DNA from: Candidatus Krumholzibacteriota bacterium
GTDB lineage: Bacteria; Krumholzibacteriota; Krumholzibacteriia; JAJRXK01
Length of the DNA stretch: 64,000 nucleotides
Direction: 5' to 3'
Assembly (NCBI GenBank): GCA_963727455.1
Contig: CAVSGG010000009.1
Location: 320,001 to 384,000 of the forward strand
Position numbers and translations under genes: made by a program. Below, piece after piece: positions 19,078-28,461 of the stretch (the first letter of the stretch is position 1; each line of letters opens with the position of its first letter). The notes below the pieces were generated by a model. That model ran no database searches. It was not told the DNA's origin and worked only from the letters and a program-made list of their open reading frames with translations.

Positions 19078-19133
19078 TTGAGAATTCAGGCAGCTGAAAC
19101 TACTCTAGAACACTCCGAAGTCGGCAATTCTCA
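19078..19133 (+). promoter_or_regulatory. Sigma70-like promoter flanked by an 8-bp inverted repeat
   Basis: TTGAGA(19078)-N17-TACTCT(19101). TGAGAATT (19079-86) and AATTCTCA (19126-33) are perfect inverted copies. Confidence 0.45.
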
Positions 19134-19157
19134 TTCGTTCGCGGATCAGGGAGCCCA

Positions 19158-20888
19158 ATGGACGCGCAAAGTGCACTGATCCTCGCCGCCGTGGCTCTCT
19201 GCTTCGGCCCCTTGATCGCGGGGGTGTTGCAGCGGCGATCCAATCTCCATGCCCTGCTGGATGGCTTCATCCTCGTGATGGTGGGAGGGCTGGCCCTTCT
19301 TCACCTCCTCCCCTACGCGCGGGATTCCATCGGTGCCTGGTGCATCCCCTTGGCTGCCATCGGCGCCTTCCTTCCGCTCTACACGGAAAAGAAGCTGCAT
19401 CGACACGATTCGGACGAATCGTCCTCGATCCTGTGGCTCGCTGTGATCGGTCTGGTGCTACACGCGGCCCTCGACGGTGCCGCGCTGGCCGCCAACCAGC
19501 ACGGCATGCACGAGCATCTCACCGAAGGGTGGAGTCTCCCCTTGGCCATTTTGCTCCACCGAGTTCCGGTGGGCCTGCTCATCTGGTGGTCGGTGCGACC
19601 TCAATTTGGATCGAAGATCGCGGTGACGATCCTGGCCGCGATTGGAGCCGCCACTTTCGTCGGTCACGGACTGAGCCGCTTCCTGCTTCCCCTCAGCGTT
19701 GGGCCGGTGTCGGGAATCATCTTCTCCCTCCTCGCGGGCGGCCTTCTCCATGTCGTGATGGACCACCGTCATCAAGGCAAGCATGGAGGCATTCGGGTGA
19801 GCCCTGCATGGGCTGCAACCGGCACAGTGCTCGCGTTGACGATCTTCTTCCTTTTGCCCGATACGGTGCCTCCCGTGCTCCAGCGCGGCTTCCGCAACAT
19901 GGGCTATCTGTTCATGGAAAGTTCGTACGCGGTGGTACTGGGCTTTCTGGGAGCGGGGCTGATGACGATGGTCCCCGCGCGCTCCCTCAAACAACTTCTG
20001 CGGGGAAGCACTGAGGCGTCCAGCGCACTCAAGGGAATCCTCTTCGGCCTGCCGCTGCCCATCTGTTCGTGCGGGGTAGTGCCGCTCTATCGCAGTCTTC
20101 ACGCGCGAGGAGTGCCCGCCGCGGCGGCGACCGCGTTCCTCGTGGCGACTCCGGAATTGGGATTCGACGCGGTTCTGATCTCGATTCCTTTGCTGGGAAC
20201 TTCCGTCACTCTCGTGCGACTTGCTGCGGCATTTCTCGTGGCCCTGATCGCGGGACTGGTGGCGGGAAAGCTCATGCCCTCCACCGCAGCCACCGCATCT
20301 CAAGATCCCGCCACCTTCCCTGCGAGGAATGATCTCAAAGGGGCTCTCGATTTCGGCGTCCGCGAACTTTTCGACGACTTGGGGCCGTGGGTGTTGGTGG
20401 GGATTCTGGTGGCAGGGCTCATCGAACCGATCCTGATGAATGGGCTGATCGCGCTCATTCCTGAAGTGATCCAGGTGCCGATCTTTGGGCTGGTGGCGAC
20501 CCCCTTTTACGTCTGCGCCTCGGGCGCAACGCCGATCGCTACGATTTTCCTGGCCAAAGGTGCCTCGGTGGGCGCGGTATTGGCCTTCCTCCTCACAGGT
20601 CCCGCCACCAACGTCACCACCTACGGTGCCATTAAGGGGGTCCACAAACGCCGCGCGGTATGGATCCTGATGTTCACGGTTCCTGTGAGCAGCATCCTTC
20701 TGGGTTGGCTCGTCAATCTTTTGCCCGGTCTCGCCGCGACGGTTCCCGAGCTGGGGAGCCACGCCCACGCCTATCACTGGTGGCAGAAGGCGGGAGTGGC
20801 TCTCTTCGCCGCGCTACTCTTGGGTTCGCTCTACCGACTCGGCCCACGGGGTCTTTTGCGCCAGGTGGGAATCGGTCGCGGAGCCTGA
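19158..20888 (+). CDS. Metal permease: ZIP-like N-terminal half fused to ArsP_1/DUF318 (SO_0444-like) permease
   Basis: N-half LLHLLP, LHAALDG, LLHRVPVG, GGLLHV. C-half PLPICSCGVVP, ATPELG, YVCASGATP, GPATN. His-rich linkers. Confidence 0.8.
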   Translation: MDAQSALILAAVALCFGPLIAGVLQRRSNLHALLDGFILVMVGGLALLHLLPYARDSIGAWCIPLAAIGAFLPLYTEKKLHRHDSDESSSILWLAVIGLVLHAALDGAALAANQHGMHEHLTEGWSLPLAILLHRVPVGLLIWWSVRPQFGSKIAVTILAAIGAATFVGHGLSRFLLPLSVGPVSGIIFSLLAGGLLHVVMDHRHQGKHGGIRVSPAWAATGTVLALTIFFLLPDTVPPVLQRGFRNMGYLFMESSYAVVLGFLGAGLMTMVPARSLKQLLRGSTEASSALKGILFGLPLPICSCGVVPLYRSLHARGVPAAAATAFLVATPELGFDAVLISIPLLGTSVTLVRLAAAFLVALIAGLVAGKLMPSTAATASQDPATFPARNDLKGALDFGVRELFDDLGPWVLVGILVAGLIEPILMNGLIALIPEVIQVPIFGLVATPFYVCASGATPIATIFLAKGASVGAVLAFLLTGPATNVTTYGAIKGVHKRRAVWILMFTVPVSSILLGWLVNLLPGLAATVPELGSHAHAYHWWQKAGVALFAALLLGSLYRLGPRGLLRQVGIGRGA

Positions 20889-20914
20889 TCGGGGCTCATA
20901 TGCTTCGTGCGCGC

Positions 20915-21505
20915 TCAAGCTGCCTTGGCGAGGGTGACGCTGAGGATGGCCTGGAGCAAGCCAATCACGAAGCCCAAGACGCCCCCAAAGAGCGTGATGT
21001 AACGAAACTGCTTGCGTGAGAAGCCCAGAATGAGCTCTTCGAGAGCGGCGATGTCCATCTCGTTGATGCGGTCTTCGATGCGGCGTGCCACGTCGAAGCC
21101 GCCATCCTGTTCAACCGCCTCCTCGGCCATCTCCTCGATCCCCTCCAGGAGGCGCTTGACGATCATGGGCTTGAAACCGGCGGCCATGGCGGCGATCGGT
21201 CCCAGACTGCGCAGCATTTCCTCGACCTTGGATTCGACCCTGCGGTGAACCTGCTCACCGGTGAAGAACTGATGGATCTCGCGGGTGGATAGGAGCTTCG
21301 TCTCAAAGGTCTCGGCGATGTTGCGCGCGATGACCGCTCGTTGCGCCGGAATCAAACCGGGCGTGAAGGGCAGACGCCAGGGGCCCAGCTTCCTTGCGGC
21401 GTAGGGGTGGAAGAGCATCCGGATGGCGATGTCGTTGGTGACCAGCCCGATCGCCGCCCCTACGAGCGGAAAGATCAGGAATTCCCAGGCAAAAACCGCT
21501 GGCAT
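20915..21505 (-). CDS. DUF445-family membrane-anchored protein
   Basis: GAAIGLVTNDIAIRMLFHP, FTPGLIP, ITLFGGVLGFVIGLLQ. Confidence 0.88.
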   Translation of the reverse strand: MPAVFAWEFLIFPLVGAAIGLVTNDIAIRMLFHPYAARKLGPWRLPFTPGLIPAQRAVIARNIAETFETKLLSTREIHQFFTGEQVHRRVESKVEEMLRSLGPIAAMAAGFKPMIVKRLLEGIEEMAEEAVEQDGGFDVARRIEDRINEMDIAALEELILGFSRKQFRYITLFGGVLGFVIGLLQAILSVTLAKAA

Positions 21506-21600
21506 ACATGGACCTCCGCGAAAGACAGAGCAGATACACTAGCCCTGGCAGAAACCAGCGCAAGTGGGCGCGAGCTGGAGTGAGGGAGACTGACATTTCC

Positions 21601-21720
21601 GTTTTGTTCGATATTATTAGTATTTTTGAGCTAACTATTATAATATTAGTCTAATTATATTACCACTCATTCTATACTTGTCGCTTTTTGAGCTTGGTTT
21701 TTTTATACTTATCCTATGGA
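21601..21720. other. AT-rich intergenic island, probable divergent promoter region
   Basis: 31 G+C in 120 nt (26%) by hand count; contains TATAAT within the palindrome TATTATAATA. Confidence 0.8.
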
Positions 21721-22387
21721 ACTTGTAAAATCTCTGCCCTCATACCTGGTTGTGGCGGGCGAGCTCAGCCTCCCCGCGACAGAATCGGTGGCCTCGCGGA
21801 AGCGGCTGGAAGCGGCCTTGGAGGAGGTGTCGCGCCTGCACCGGCGCCAACTGCGGACGCCCCTTGAATGGAGCGGGGAGCAGGGGCGCGTCTTGACCGT
21901 ACTGCGCCATCCCTCCGCCTTCTGCGAGCTGGTAGCGGAGCTCGAGTCGGAAGCCCAGGGGCTGTCCCTGCGCTGGGGGCTCGGATGGGGACCTCTCCGT
22001 GGAGAGCTTCGTCCGCGCGTGCACGGCATGGGCGGCCCATGCTTCGACCGCGCGCGCGCGGCGCTTGCCACCGCGCACCGGGAAAAAGCCTGGGCTGCGT
22101 GCGCGGGACTCGAGGAAGAGCAGGAGCGCGTGCTGAATGGCCTTCTGCGACTCCTCGGTGCCGTGCGCATGCGTTGGAAACCCAAGCAACGGGAAACGAT
22201 CGCTCTGGCGCGCGCACACGCGCGCCGCAAGGATGTCGCGCGACTACGCGGGGTGAGCGAAGCCACAGTGAGCCGTTCGTTGGATGGCGCGCTCTTCGCC
22301 CCCGTGCTGGCCGCGGAATCCGCGTTCACCACTGCCCTGTCCCTATTCACAGAGCAGCGCGCAAGCCCTCCAGGTTCGCGCGCATGA
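21716..22387 (+). CDS. SatD-family protein with C-terminal HTH
   Basis: LRWGLGWG, GPCFDRARAAL, W.PKQRE, ARLRGVSEATVSRSL. Confidence 0.72.
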   Translation: MELVKSLPSYLVVAGELSLPATESVASRKRLEAALEEVSRLHRRQLRTPLEWSGEQGRVLTVLRHPSAFCELVAELESEAQGLSLRWGLGWGPLRGELRPRVHGMGGPCFDRARAALATAHREKAWAACAGLEEEQERVLNGLLRLLGAVRMRWKPKQRETIALARAHARRKDVARLRGVSEATVSRSLDGALFAPVLAAESAFTTALSLFTEQRASPPGSRA

Positions 22388-23312
22388 CGCTCAGAAAATC
22401 TCCGTGGGCGGGACGATTCGCGCAGGGATCGAAGACGACGCTGTGAATGCCCATCTGCAGGAGCTTGCGCTTGCTCGCGGGCAAGGGCACGCCTTCCCAG
22501 ATCATCCAGTCTGCGGCGTCTTTCTTCCGAAGCTCGGCGAGGTGATCCCATTGCTCCTGGCTGGGGAACTCGCCGGGCTCCCACAGAACGGCCACCAAAT
22601 TCAGACCGTAGCGACGCGCGAAGTACTGGAAGATGGGATGAGAGGCGAAGAGAGTCTGGCCGCGGTGCCCCTGAGTGAGGGTGCGCAGGCCGGAATCCAG
22701 GTCCAAGAGGTCCCGCTCTAGAGCCTCGAAATTGCGCCGCAAGAGGAGACTGTCGGCAAAGTCGTGCGCGAGGAAAGCATCGTAGATCGCCCTCGCCTGC
22801 CGGCTCGCCTGGCGGAAGTCGATCCATGTGGTGAAGACGGTGCCGGCGTGCGAGTGCTTTCCCGAGGGTCCATGGGAGTGCGTGATCGCGTTGGGGATCA
22901 CGAGAAAGCTGTCCGCAAAGCTGGCGGAAGTGTCGACCAACTTCTCGGGAGGCAGGGTGGCCCGCTTGACCCACTTGGCATAGTCGGCGCCGTTCAAGAG
23001 GATCAAGTCCGCGCTTTGGTAGCGAAGAACTTCCTCCGCCGTGGGCATCCAAAAGGCGGGGTCCAAATCGGCGGGGGCTGGCAGGACGACTTTGATTCCC
23101 TGCCCGCCGATGCGCTCCGCGAAGTAGCTGAGCGGATAATTCACCGTGTACACAACGGGTTTGCCGCGCCGAAAGGAGGGTGTCCTTTCGCTCTGCTGCG
23201 AATCGTTGCCCTTCTGAGCGCAGCCATCGGCAAAAACCGATGCGAGCAAGAGAAGAGCCCAGAGCAGGACACTGGTTCTGCGTACTTTGAAAGAGCCTCC
23301 GATTGAAGCCAC
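22347..23312 (-). CDS. Metal ABC substrate-binding lipoprotein (ZnuA/TroA-like, atypical)
   Basis: Lipobox-like ADGC, YPLSYFAERIGG, ADLILLNG, His loop HSHGPSGKHSH, SHPIFQYFARRYGL. Exact start uncertain. Confidence 0.82.
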   Translation of the reverse strand: MASIGGSFKVRRTSVLLWALLLLASVFADGCAQKGNDSQQSERTPSFRRGKPVVYTVNYPLSYFAERIGGQGIKVVLPAPADLDPAFWMPTAEEVLRYQSADLILLNGADYAKWVKRATLPPEKLVDTSASFADSFLVIPNAITHSHGPSGKHSHAGTVFTTWIDFRQASRQARAIYDAFLAHDFADSLLLRRNFEALERDLLDLDSGLRTLTQGHRGQTLFASHPIFQYFARRYGLNLVAVLWEPGEFPSQEQWDHLAELRKKDAADWMIWEGVPLPASKRKLLQMGIHSVVFDPCANRPAHGDFLSVMRANLEGLRAAL

Positions 23313-23328
23313 TGGCCTGCCTCCCGCT

Positions 23329-24510
23329 TCAAGAGAGAATCAGACTGCGGATGATCGCCGAGCCGAAATGGGATGTCACCAGGGTCAGGCCACCGGCCAA
23401 GAGCACGCTCAACACCAGCACGGCGACGATCTCCGAGACCATGAGCGCGGCGATGCGTCGCTTCGATCCGCCGATTTTCACCATAGTGGTGATCTCGCGC
23501 CGGCGCAGCCGGAGAGACAGCATGAAGACCAGGATCGCCGTGGCCAGGGTGGCCAAGCCAACGATCAGCACGGCCGCGATCAAGTAGCTCTGCACGGTGA
23601 AAATTGTGGCGAGGAGATTGCGCATCACCTCGCGCGGGCTCACCAATTGCACCGGCTCCTTCTGTGAGAGATAGCGCCCACGCAGTAAAGTGGACGATTT
23701 TTCGTTCTTGGGGAGAACGATCGCAGCCGTGACCGGAAAGTCCTTCTTTTCGCCGTGGAAATGGAACGAGGCAATGTTCTCTGGGGTGACCTCGTTGTAT
23801 TGCATCAGCGAGGAACCGGCGACGACGGTGCTGCCGTCCTTCTGCACGACTCGCGTACCGCTTCCCGGTTTCGTCAGGTCCTGATGGCCGTGACCGATAC
23901 CCGCGATGATCCAGGTGGTCTTGAGATCGGTGAAGATCACGCGGTCGTCCGGCGTATAGCTGCGCTCCAATATACCCACGACACGCATCTTCAAGGGGTA
24001 GGCGCCGGCGAGATCGAATACGTTTTCCGCCGAAGACACCAGGTGGTCGCCGACCGCGACGCCCAGGCGATGCGCCACTTCCCAACCCACCACACACTCT
24101 CCCAACAGAGCCAGAGTGCGGCCGGACTGCAGCCGCAGACTACGGCATGCAAAGTAATCGAGGGTCGTGCCCACGATGGGAAAGCCGCGGCAGCGAAAGC
24201 GGGTGTAGAGAGGAATCGGCTGCGCCAGACCGGTAGAATCCACCCGTGAGATCTCGGCGTAGCGCATCGGGTCGGGTACGTCCGATTCGAAGTAGAGAGA
24301 ATTCAGGGTCAGCTCCAGAGGACTGCCCTTGGCCCCCAGCAACAGAGGGGTCAGCTTGGCGCGCGCGATCAATTCCGCTCTGCTCTGATTTGCCAGGACC
24401 CGCAAGCCGACCGGAAGATAGATGATGAGCGTAATCGAAGTCACCAGGATCGTGGTCTTCACCCGGTGGTAACTCAAGTAACGCGTGACGAGATAAATGA
24501 CCTCTCTCAT
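23329..24510 (-). CDS. FtsX/MacB-type ABC permease
   Basis: One N-terminal TM, a large periplasmic domain and three C-terminal TMs; GAKGSPL, RRREI..M..IGGS. Confidence 0.85.
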   Translation of the reverse strand: MREVIYLVTRYLSYHRVKTTILVTSITLIIYLPVGLRVLANQSRAELIARAKLTPLLLGAKGSPLELTLNSLYFESDVPDPMRYAEISRVDSTGLAQPIPLYTRFRCRGFPIVGTTLDYFACRSLRLQSGRTLALLGECVVGWEVAHRLGVAVGDHLVSSAENVFDLAGAYPLKMRVVGILERSYTPDDRVIFTDLKTTWIIAGIGHGHQDLTKPGSGTRVVQKDGSTVVAGSSLMQYNEVTPENIASFHFHGEKKDFPVTAAIVLPKNEKSSTLLRGRYLSQKEPVQLVSPREVMRNLLATIFTVQSYLIAAVLIVGLATLATAILVFMLSLRLRRREITTMVKIGGSKRRIAALMVSEIVAVLVLSVLLAGGLTLVTSHFGSAIIRSLILS

Positions 24511-25202
24511 AGGCCACCGTCCGCCGTTGAGGGCAGCCCGCTTGCCTCCGCATGGAAACGGCTGAAATCGACGACTCGCTCGAAGCGCTCGAGCAAATCA
24601 TGGTCGTGGGTCACGGTGAGCAGTGTCGCACCTTCGCGCTCCACGTACGAAAAGAGGATATCCAGGACCTTGCCCTTGTTGCGCGGATCCAGGTTTCCCG
24701 TGGGCTCATCGGCCAGAATCAAGCTGGGCCGGGGAAGCAGCGCGCGGCAGATGGCCACACGCTGCCGCTCGCCCTGGGAGAGCTGATCCACGTAACGATC
24801 CGAGTCGTGGGAGATGCCCACCACAGCGGCCAGCTCGGCTGCTCGCGCCTTCAGTGCCGGAGCCATCCTCAGCGCGGGATGAATCCGGTAGGGAAGCAGG
24901 ATGTTGTCGAGAACGGTGAGGTATTCCAGGAGTTCGAATTCCTGGAAGATGAGTCCCATGTTGAGAATGCGAAACGCCCTTCTCTCCGCATCGCTCAAGC
25001 TCGTGAGATCGGTTCCATCGTGCACGACTTTCCCCGCCGACGCGGTCACGATTCCGCCGACTAGGTTCAAAAAGGTCGTCTTGCCCGTACCACTGGGCCC
25101 GATCACGGCCACCGACTCCCCTGTTTCGAACCGGAGATCGGGGATTCGCAGGCTGAAATCGCCGTCCGGATAATGGAACTCGAGCTCGTCAACGAGGATC
25201 AT
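24507..25202 (-). CDS. ABC ATP-binding protein (LolD/MacB-like)
   Basis: GPSGTGKT, LSQGERQRVAI, LADEPTGNLD, VTHD; ATGA overlap with the permease. Confidence 0.92.
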   Translation of the reverse strand: MILVDELEFHYPDGDFSLRIPDLRFETGESVAVIGPSGTGKTTFLNLVGGIVTASAGKVVHDGTDLTSLSDAERRAFRILNMGLIFQEFELLEYLTVLDNILLPYRIHPALRMAPALKARAAELAAVVGISHDSDRYVDQLSQGERQRVAICRALLPRPSLILADEPTGNLDPRNKGKVLDILFSYVEREGATLLTVTHDHDLLERFERVVDFSRFHAEASGLPSTADGGL

Positions 25203-25221
25203 CGCACCTGCTGCCTTGCCG

Positions 25222-25920
25222 TCACCGGCTGTATCGGTCGTCGCGCCACGGATGCGCCGTATTGGAATAGCCTCTCTGCTCCCAAAATCCGGGCTGATCC
25301 TCGCTGAGGATCTCGATTTGCTGTATCCACTTGGCTCCCTTCCACGCATAGAGCTGGGGAGTGATCATTCGCACGGGCCCCCCGTGCTCATGGGGCAGAG
25401 CTTCTCCATTGGCTTCGTATACCAACAGGACGTCATCCTTGAGCGCCTCCTCCAAGGGGAGGTTCGTGGTGTATCCATCGTAGGCGTGGCAGAGCAGGTG
25501 ACTCGCGTCTTCTCGTGGTTCGGCCCGAGCCAGGATCTCGCTCACCCGGACTCCCTTCCAATGGATGTCCAGTTTGGACCAGGTCGTAACACAATGAAAG
25601 TCGCTGATGTCCTCCACCTGCTGGAAGGCGTGAAAACTCTCCCAGTCCAAGTTCAGAGGATTCTCGCAGGCACCGTCGACGCGCAGCCGCCAACTCTCGC
25701 GCGAGAGTTCGGGGCTCACACCCAGATCGAGCACCGGCCATTTCTTCGTTTCGGTCTGGCCCACCGGCAGACGCGGCATCCCGTGACGATTCTGGGGACC
25801 ACTTCCCTGAGGCTCTCGGTCGGAGGCGCCGGGCGTCTCCCGCATTTTGCGCAGAAAGCGCTCTCTGAGCTTCATGCGCTGTCTGACGATCCTCTCCTGG
25901 CTGGATTCTCGGCCGGACAT
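25222..25920 (-). CDS. Sulfite oxidase-like molybdopterin-dependent oxidoreductase (YuiH-like)
   Basis: RLPVGQ, DFHCVTTWS, YTTNLPL, EHGGPVR, YAWKGAKW, GFWEQRGY. Confidence 0.9.
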   Translation of the reverse strand: MSGRESSQERIVRQRMKLRERFLRKMRETPGASDREPQGSGPQNRHGMPRLPVGQTETKKWPVLDLGVSPELSRESWRLRVDGACENPLNLDWESFHAFQQVEDISDFHCVTTWSKLDIHWKGVRVSEILARAEPREDASHLLCHAYDGYTTNLPLEEALKDDVLLVYEANGEALPHEHGGPVRMITPQLYAWKGAKWIQQIEILSEDQPGFWEQRGYSNTAHPWRDDRYSR

Positions 25921-26073
25921 GCTCTTCTCCGCGTTCTCGGGGGAGGCAATCGAAGGAGGCGGGAGAAACTGGGACGAGACATAGTATGATCACGATGGAT
26001 GGAGCTCGCACCCGATAGGGGGATTCTGAACTCGATCGTGGAGCTGCCCCGGCACTCCAGGAAGGAAACGCAC

Positions 26074-27282
26074 TTGTCCTCACCGCTTCTGCGCGCTCTC
26101 GTGGCGCTCTACTGCGCGAGCCTGTTCTTGGCTTGGCCCTCGAGGACTCCACGCGCCCAGGAGAGCGGGCCCCGGGTTCGCTTCACATTGGTGGTGACCC
26201 TTCCGGATGCCACGCAACAAGACGAGCCGGTCTACCTCTCCACCGATCACGATGGATGGCGCCCGGACGATCCAAAGTACCGGCTGCAGGCGCGCCCGGA
26301 TGGACGATGGCAGCTGCACTTGAGCTCCCCTGTCGAACGACCGCTGCTGTTCTTGTTCTGCCGTGGAAGCTGGGACAGGGTCGAGGTGAACGCGGACGGC
26401 TCGTCTCTCGACGCGCGGCGATTGCGACCGCGAGACGGCGCGAGCTACGAGTTGACGGTGGCCCGATGGGCGGATACCGAGGTGTCGACGATCGCAGGAC
26501 ATGTCGAGTCTTTCGTGGCGCCTTCCTTCCTGCATGGTCGGCGCTGTTGGATCTACCTCCCGCCCGGCTATGCCGGAGGCGAGCGCCGCTATCCCGTGTT
26601 GTACATGCACGACGGACAAAACCTCTTCGACGAGGAGCGCTCCTACGCCGGGGAATGGCGGCTCGACGAAACCCTGGAGCGATTGATTTCCAAAGGAGAA
26701 CTTCCCGCACTCATCGTGGTCGGCATCGAAAATGGCGGCGCTGCGCGGATGCAGGAATACGGGCCCTGGTACGACGCGAAATGGAATGCCGGTGGCGGGG
26801 GGGACAGCTACCTGCGAGCGGTGGCGGACACCCTCAAGCCCGCCATCGATGCGAAGTACCGCACACTGCCCGAGCCAAAACACACCTACATGGCCGGATC
26901 CTCCATGGGCGGGTTGATCTCGGCCTACGCCGGCTTGAAGTACGCGAAGGTGTTCGGCGGTGGGGTCGCCGCCGTCTCCCCTTCCTACTGGTGGGCTCAG
27001 GAGCGCATTCTCGAAGTGGCCAAGCGAGCCGGCCGACCCGAAACCCGTCGTTTCTACCAGGACATGGGCAGCCTGGAATCCGGCGGTTTCGAGGACGAGA
27101 ACCACGATGGAGTCGAGGATTCCATCGGCAGACTCCGCGCCATGCGCGACATTCTCGTCGCCGATGGGATGAAGGAGGGCCAGAATCTCCTCAGCGTGGA
27201 AGCGGTGGGGGCCCGTCATCACGAACGCGACTGGGCGAAGCGGCTCCCCGAGCTCCTGCGCTTCCTCTTGGCGAAGGAGTAG
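26074..27282 (+). CDS. Exported alpha/beta-hydrolase (putative esterase) with CBM20-like N-terminal domain
   Basis: Probable TTG start after AGGAAGGA; signal peptide; RGSWDRVE; YPVLYMHDGQNLF, GSSMGG, H.E..W. Confidence 0.82.
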   Translation: MSSPLLRALVALYCASLFLAWPSRTPRAQESGPRVRFTLVVTLPDATQQDEPVYLSTDHDGWRPDDPKYRLQARPDGRWQLHLSSPVERPLLFLFCRGSWDRVEVNADGSSLDARRLRPRDGASYELTVARWADTEVSTIAGHVESFVAPSFLHGRRCWIYLPPGYAGGERRYPVLYMHDGQNLFDEERSYAGEWRLDETLERLISKGELPALIVVGIENGGAARMQEYGPWYDAKWNAGGGGDSYLRAVADTLKPAIDAKYRTLPEPKHTYMAGSSMGGLISAYAGLKYAKVFGGGVAAVSPSYWWAQERILEVAKRAGRPETRRFYQDMGSLESGGFEDENHDGVEDSIGRLRAMRDILVADGMKEGQNLLSVEAVGARHHERDWAKRLPELLRFLLAKE

Positions 27283-27444
27283 TCCCGCGCGCGGATTTGC
27301 TGCGCCGCGGTGGACCCGGGCCCGCTCCTCAATCTCAATACTTGTATACCCGGGTAGAAACGGATAACTCAGGGCGACGACTTTTTCCCGCGACCAAAGA
27401 GGCGTACTCTCCTTTCGCACCACACACTCTCGAAGGAGGATTCC

Positions 27445-28461
27445 ATGCTTCCACCGCCCCCCGAGTCGCACTGGAGCGGCATCCCCCGCCAACGCTTTGC
27501 CCAACTGCCTACCCCGCTCGTCGAGGCCCCTCGCTTGAGTGAGCGCCTGGGCGGGCCGCGCATCCTGATCAAGCGCGACGATCTGAGCGGCCTCGCGTTC
27601 GGTGGAAACAAGGTGCGCAAATTGGAATTTCTTCTTGGAGAGGCCCTGGCCCGTGGCTGCGACACCGTCATCACCGGAGGCGCGCAACAGTCCAACCACA
27701 GCCGTCAGACCGCGGCCGCCGCGGCGAGCTGTGGCCTGGCCTGTCACCTGGTCCTGGCGGGCGAGACCCCGACGGCGGTCCCCGAGGGAAATTTGCTGCT
27801 CGACCTGCTGTGCGGAGCGATTCCGCACTACTGCGGCGAGCATCGCAAGGGCGAGGACATTCCCGCGCTGGCAAAGCAGCTCGAGACCGAGGGCGCACGT
27901 CCCTACCTGGTTCCCTACGGCGGATCCAATCCCCTCGGCGCACTGGGCTTCGTGAACGCGGCGCGCGAGCTGGCTGAGCAGCTGAGCGAGCGAGGCGAGA
28001 AGCCCAGTCACGTGATCTTCGCCTCGAGCTCGGGAGGAACCCACGCCGGGCTGGCCCAGGGATTGGCCTGGTACGCGCCCGATGTCATTCCCTTCGGAAT
28101 TGGAATTGATCCGGAGGAGGGACGCTCCGAGGACTTCAAAGGCCAGGTGCTTGCGATCGCTCGCGGAGCAGCGCAGCTCCTCAAGAGCGAGTCCTCGCTC
28201 GACTCCAGAGACATTCACTACTCCGGCGAATTCCACGGCGAGGGTTACGGCGTGATAGGAGAGGGTGAGAAGGAAGCGCTGCGGCTGGTGGCCACCACGG
28301 AGGGGGTCGTCCTCGATCCGGTCTACACAGGCCGCGCCATGAAGGGGCTGATCACACTGATCCGGTCGGGGGAGTTTTCGTCCGACCAGACCGTGGTGTT
28401 TTGGCACACTGGTGGGCTCCCCACCCTCTTTCAACGCGCAAAGGAGCTGCTGTCTGCTTGA
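27445..28461 (+). CDS. D-cysteine desulfhydrase-family PLP enzyme
   Basis: KRDD, GGNKVRKL, QSNH, SGGTHAG. DPVYTG and HTGG give Thr/Thr at the positions where ACC deaminase has Glu/Leu. Confidence 0.88.
   Translation: MLPPPPESHWSGIPRQRFAQLPTPLVEAPRLSERLGGPRILIKRDDLSGLAFGGNKVRKLEFLLGEALARGCDTVITGGAQQSNHSRQTAAAAASCGLACHLVLAGETPTAVPEGNLLLDLLCGAIPHYCGEHRKGEDIPALAKQLETEGARPYLVPYGGSNPLGALGFVNAARELAEQLSERGEKPSHVIFASSSGGTHAGLAQGLAWYAPDVIPFGIGIDPEEGRSEDFKGQVLAIARGAAQLLKSESSLDSRDIHYSGEFHGEGYGVIGEGEKEALRLVATTEGVVLDPVYTGRAMKGLITLIRSGEFSSDQTVVFWHTGGLPTLFQRAKELLSA

Noticed and set aside
21601-21720. oriC or dif site in the AT-rich island
   Set aside because: No TTATCCACA DnaA boxes, no convincing XerC/XerD arms and no replication genes nearby.
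27445-28461. ACC deaminase (acdS) call
   Set aside because: The diagnostic Glu/Leu positions are Thr/Thr (DPVYTG, HTGG).
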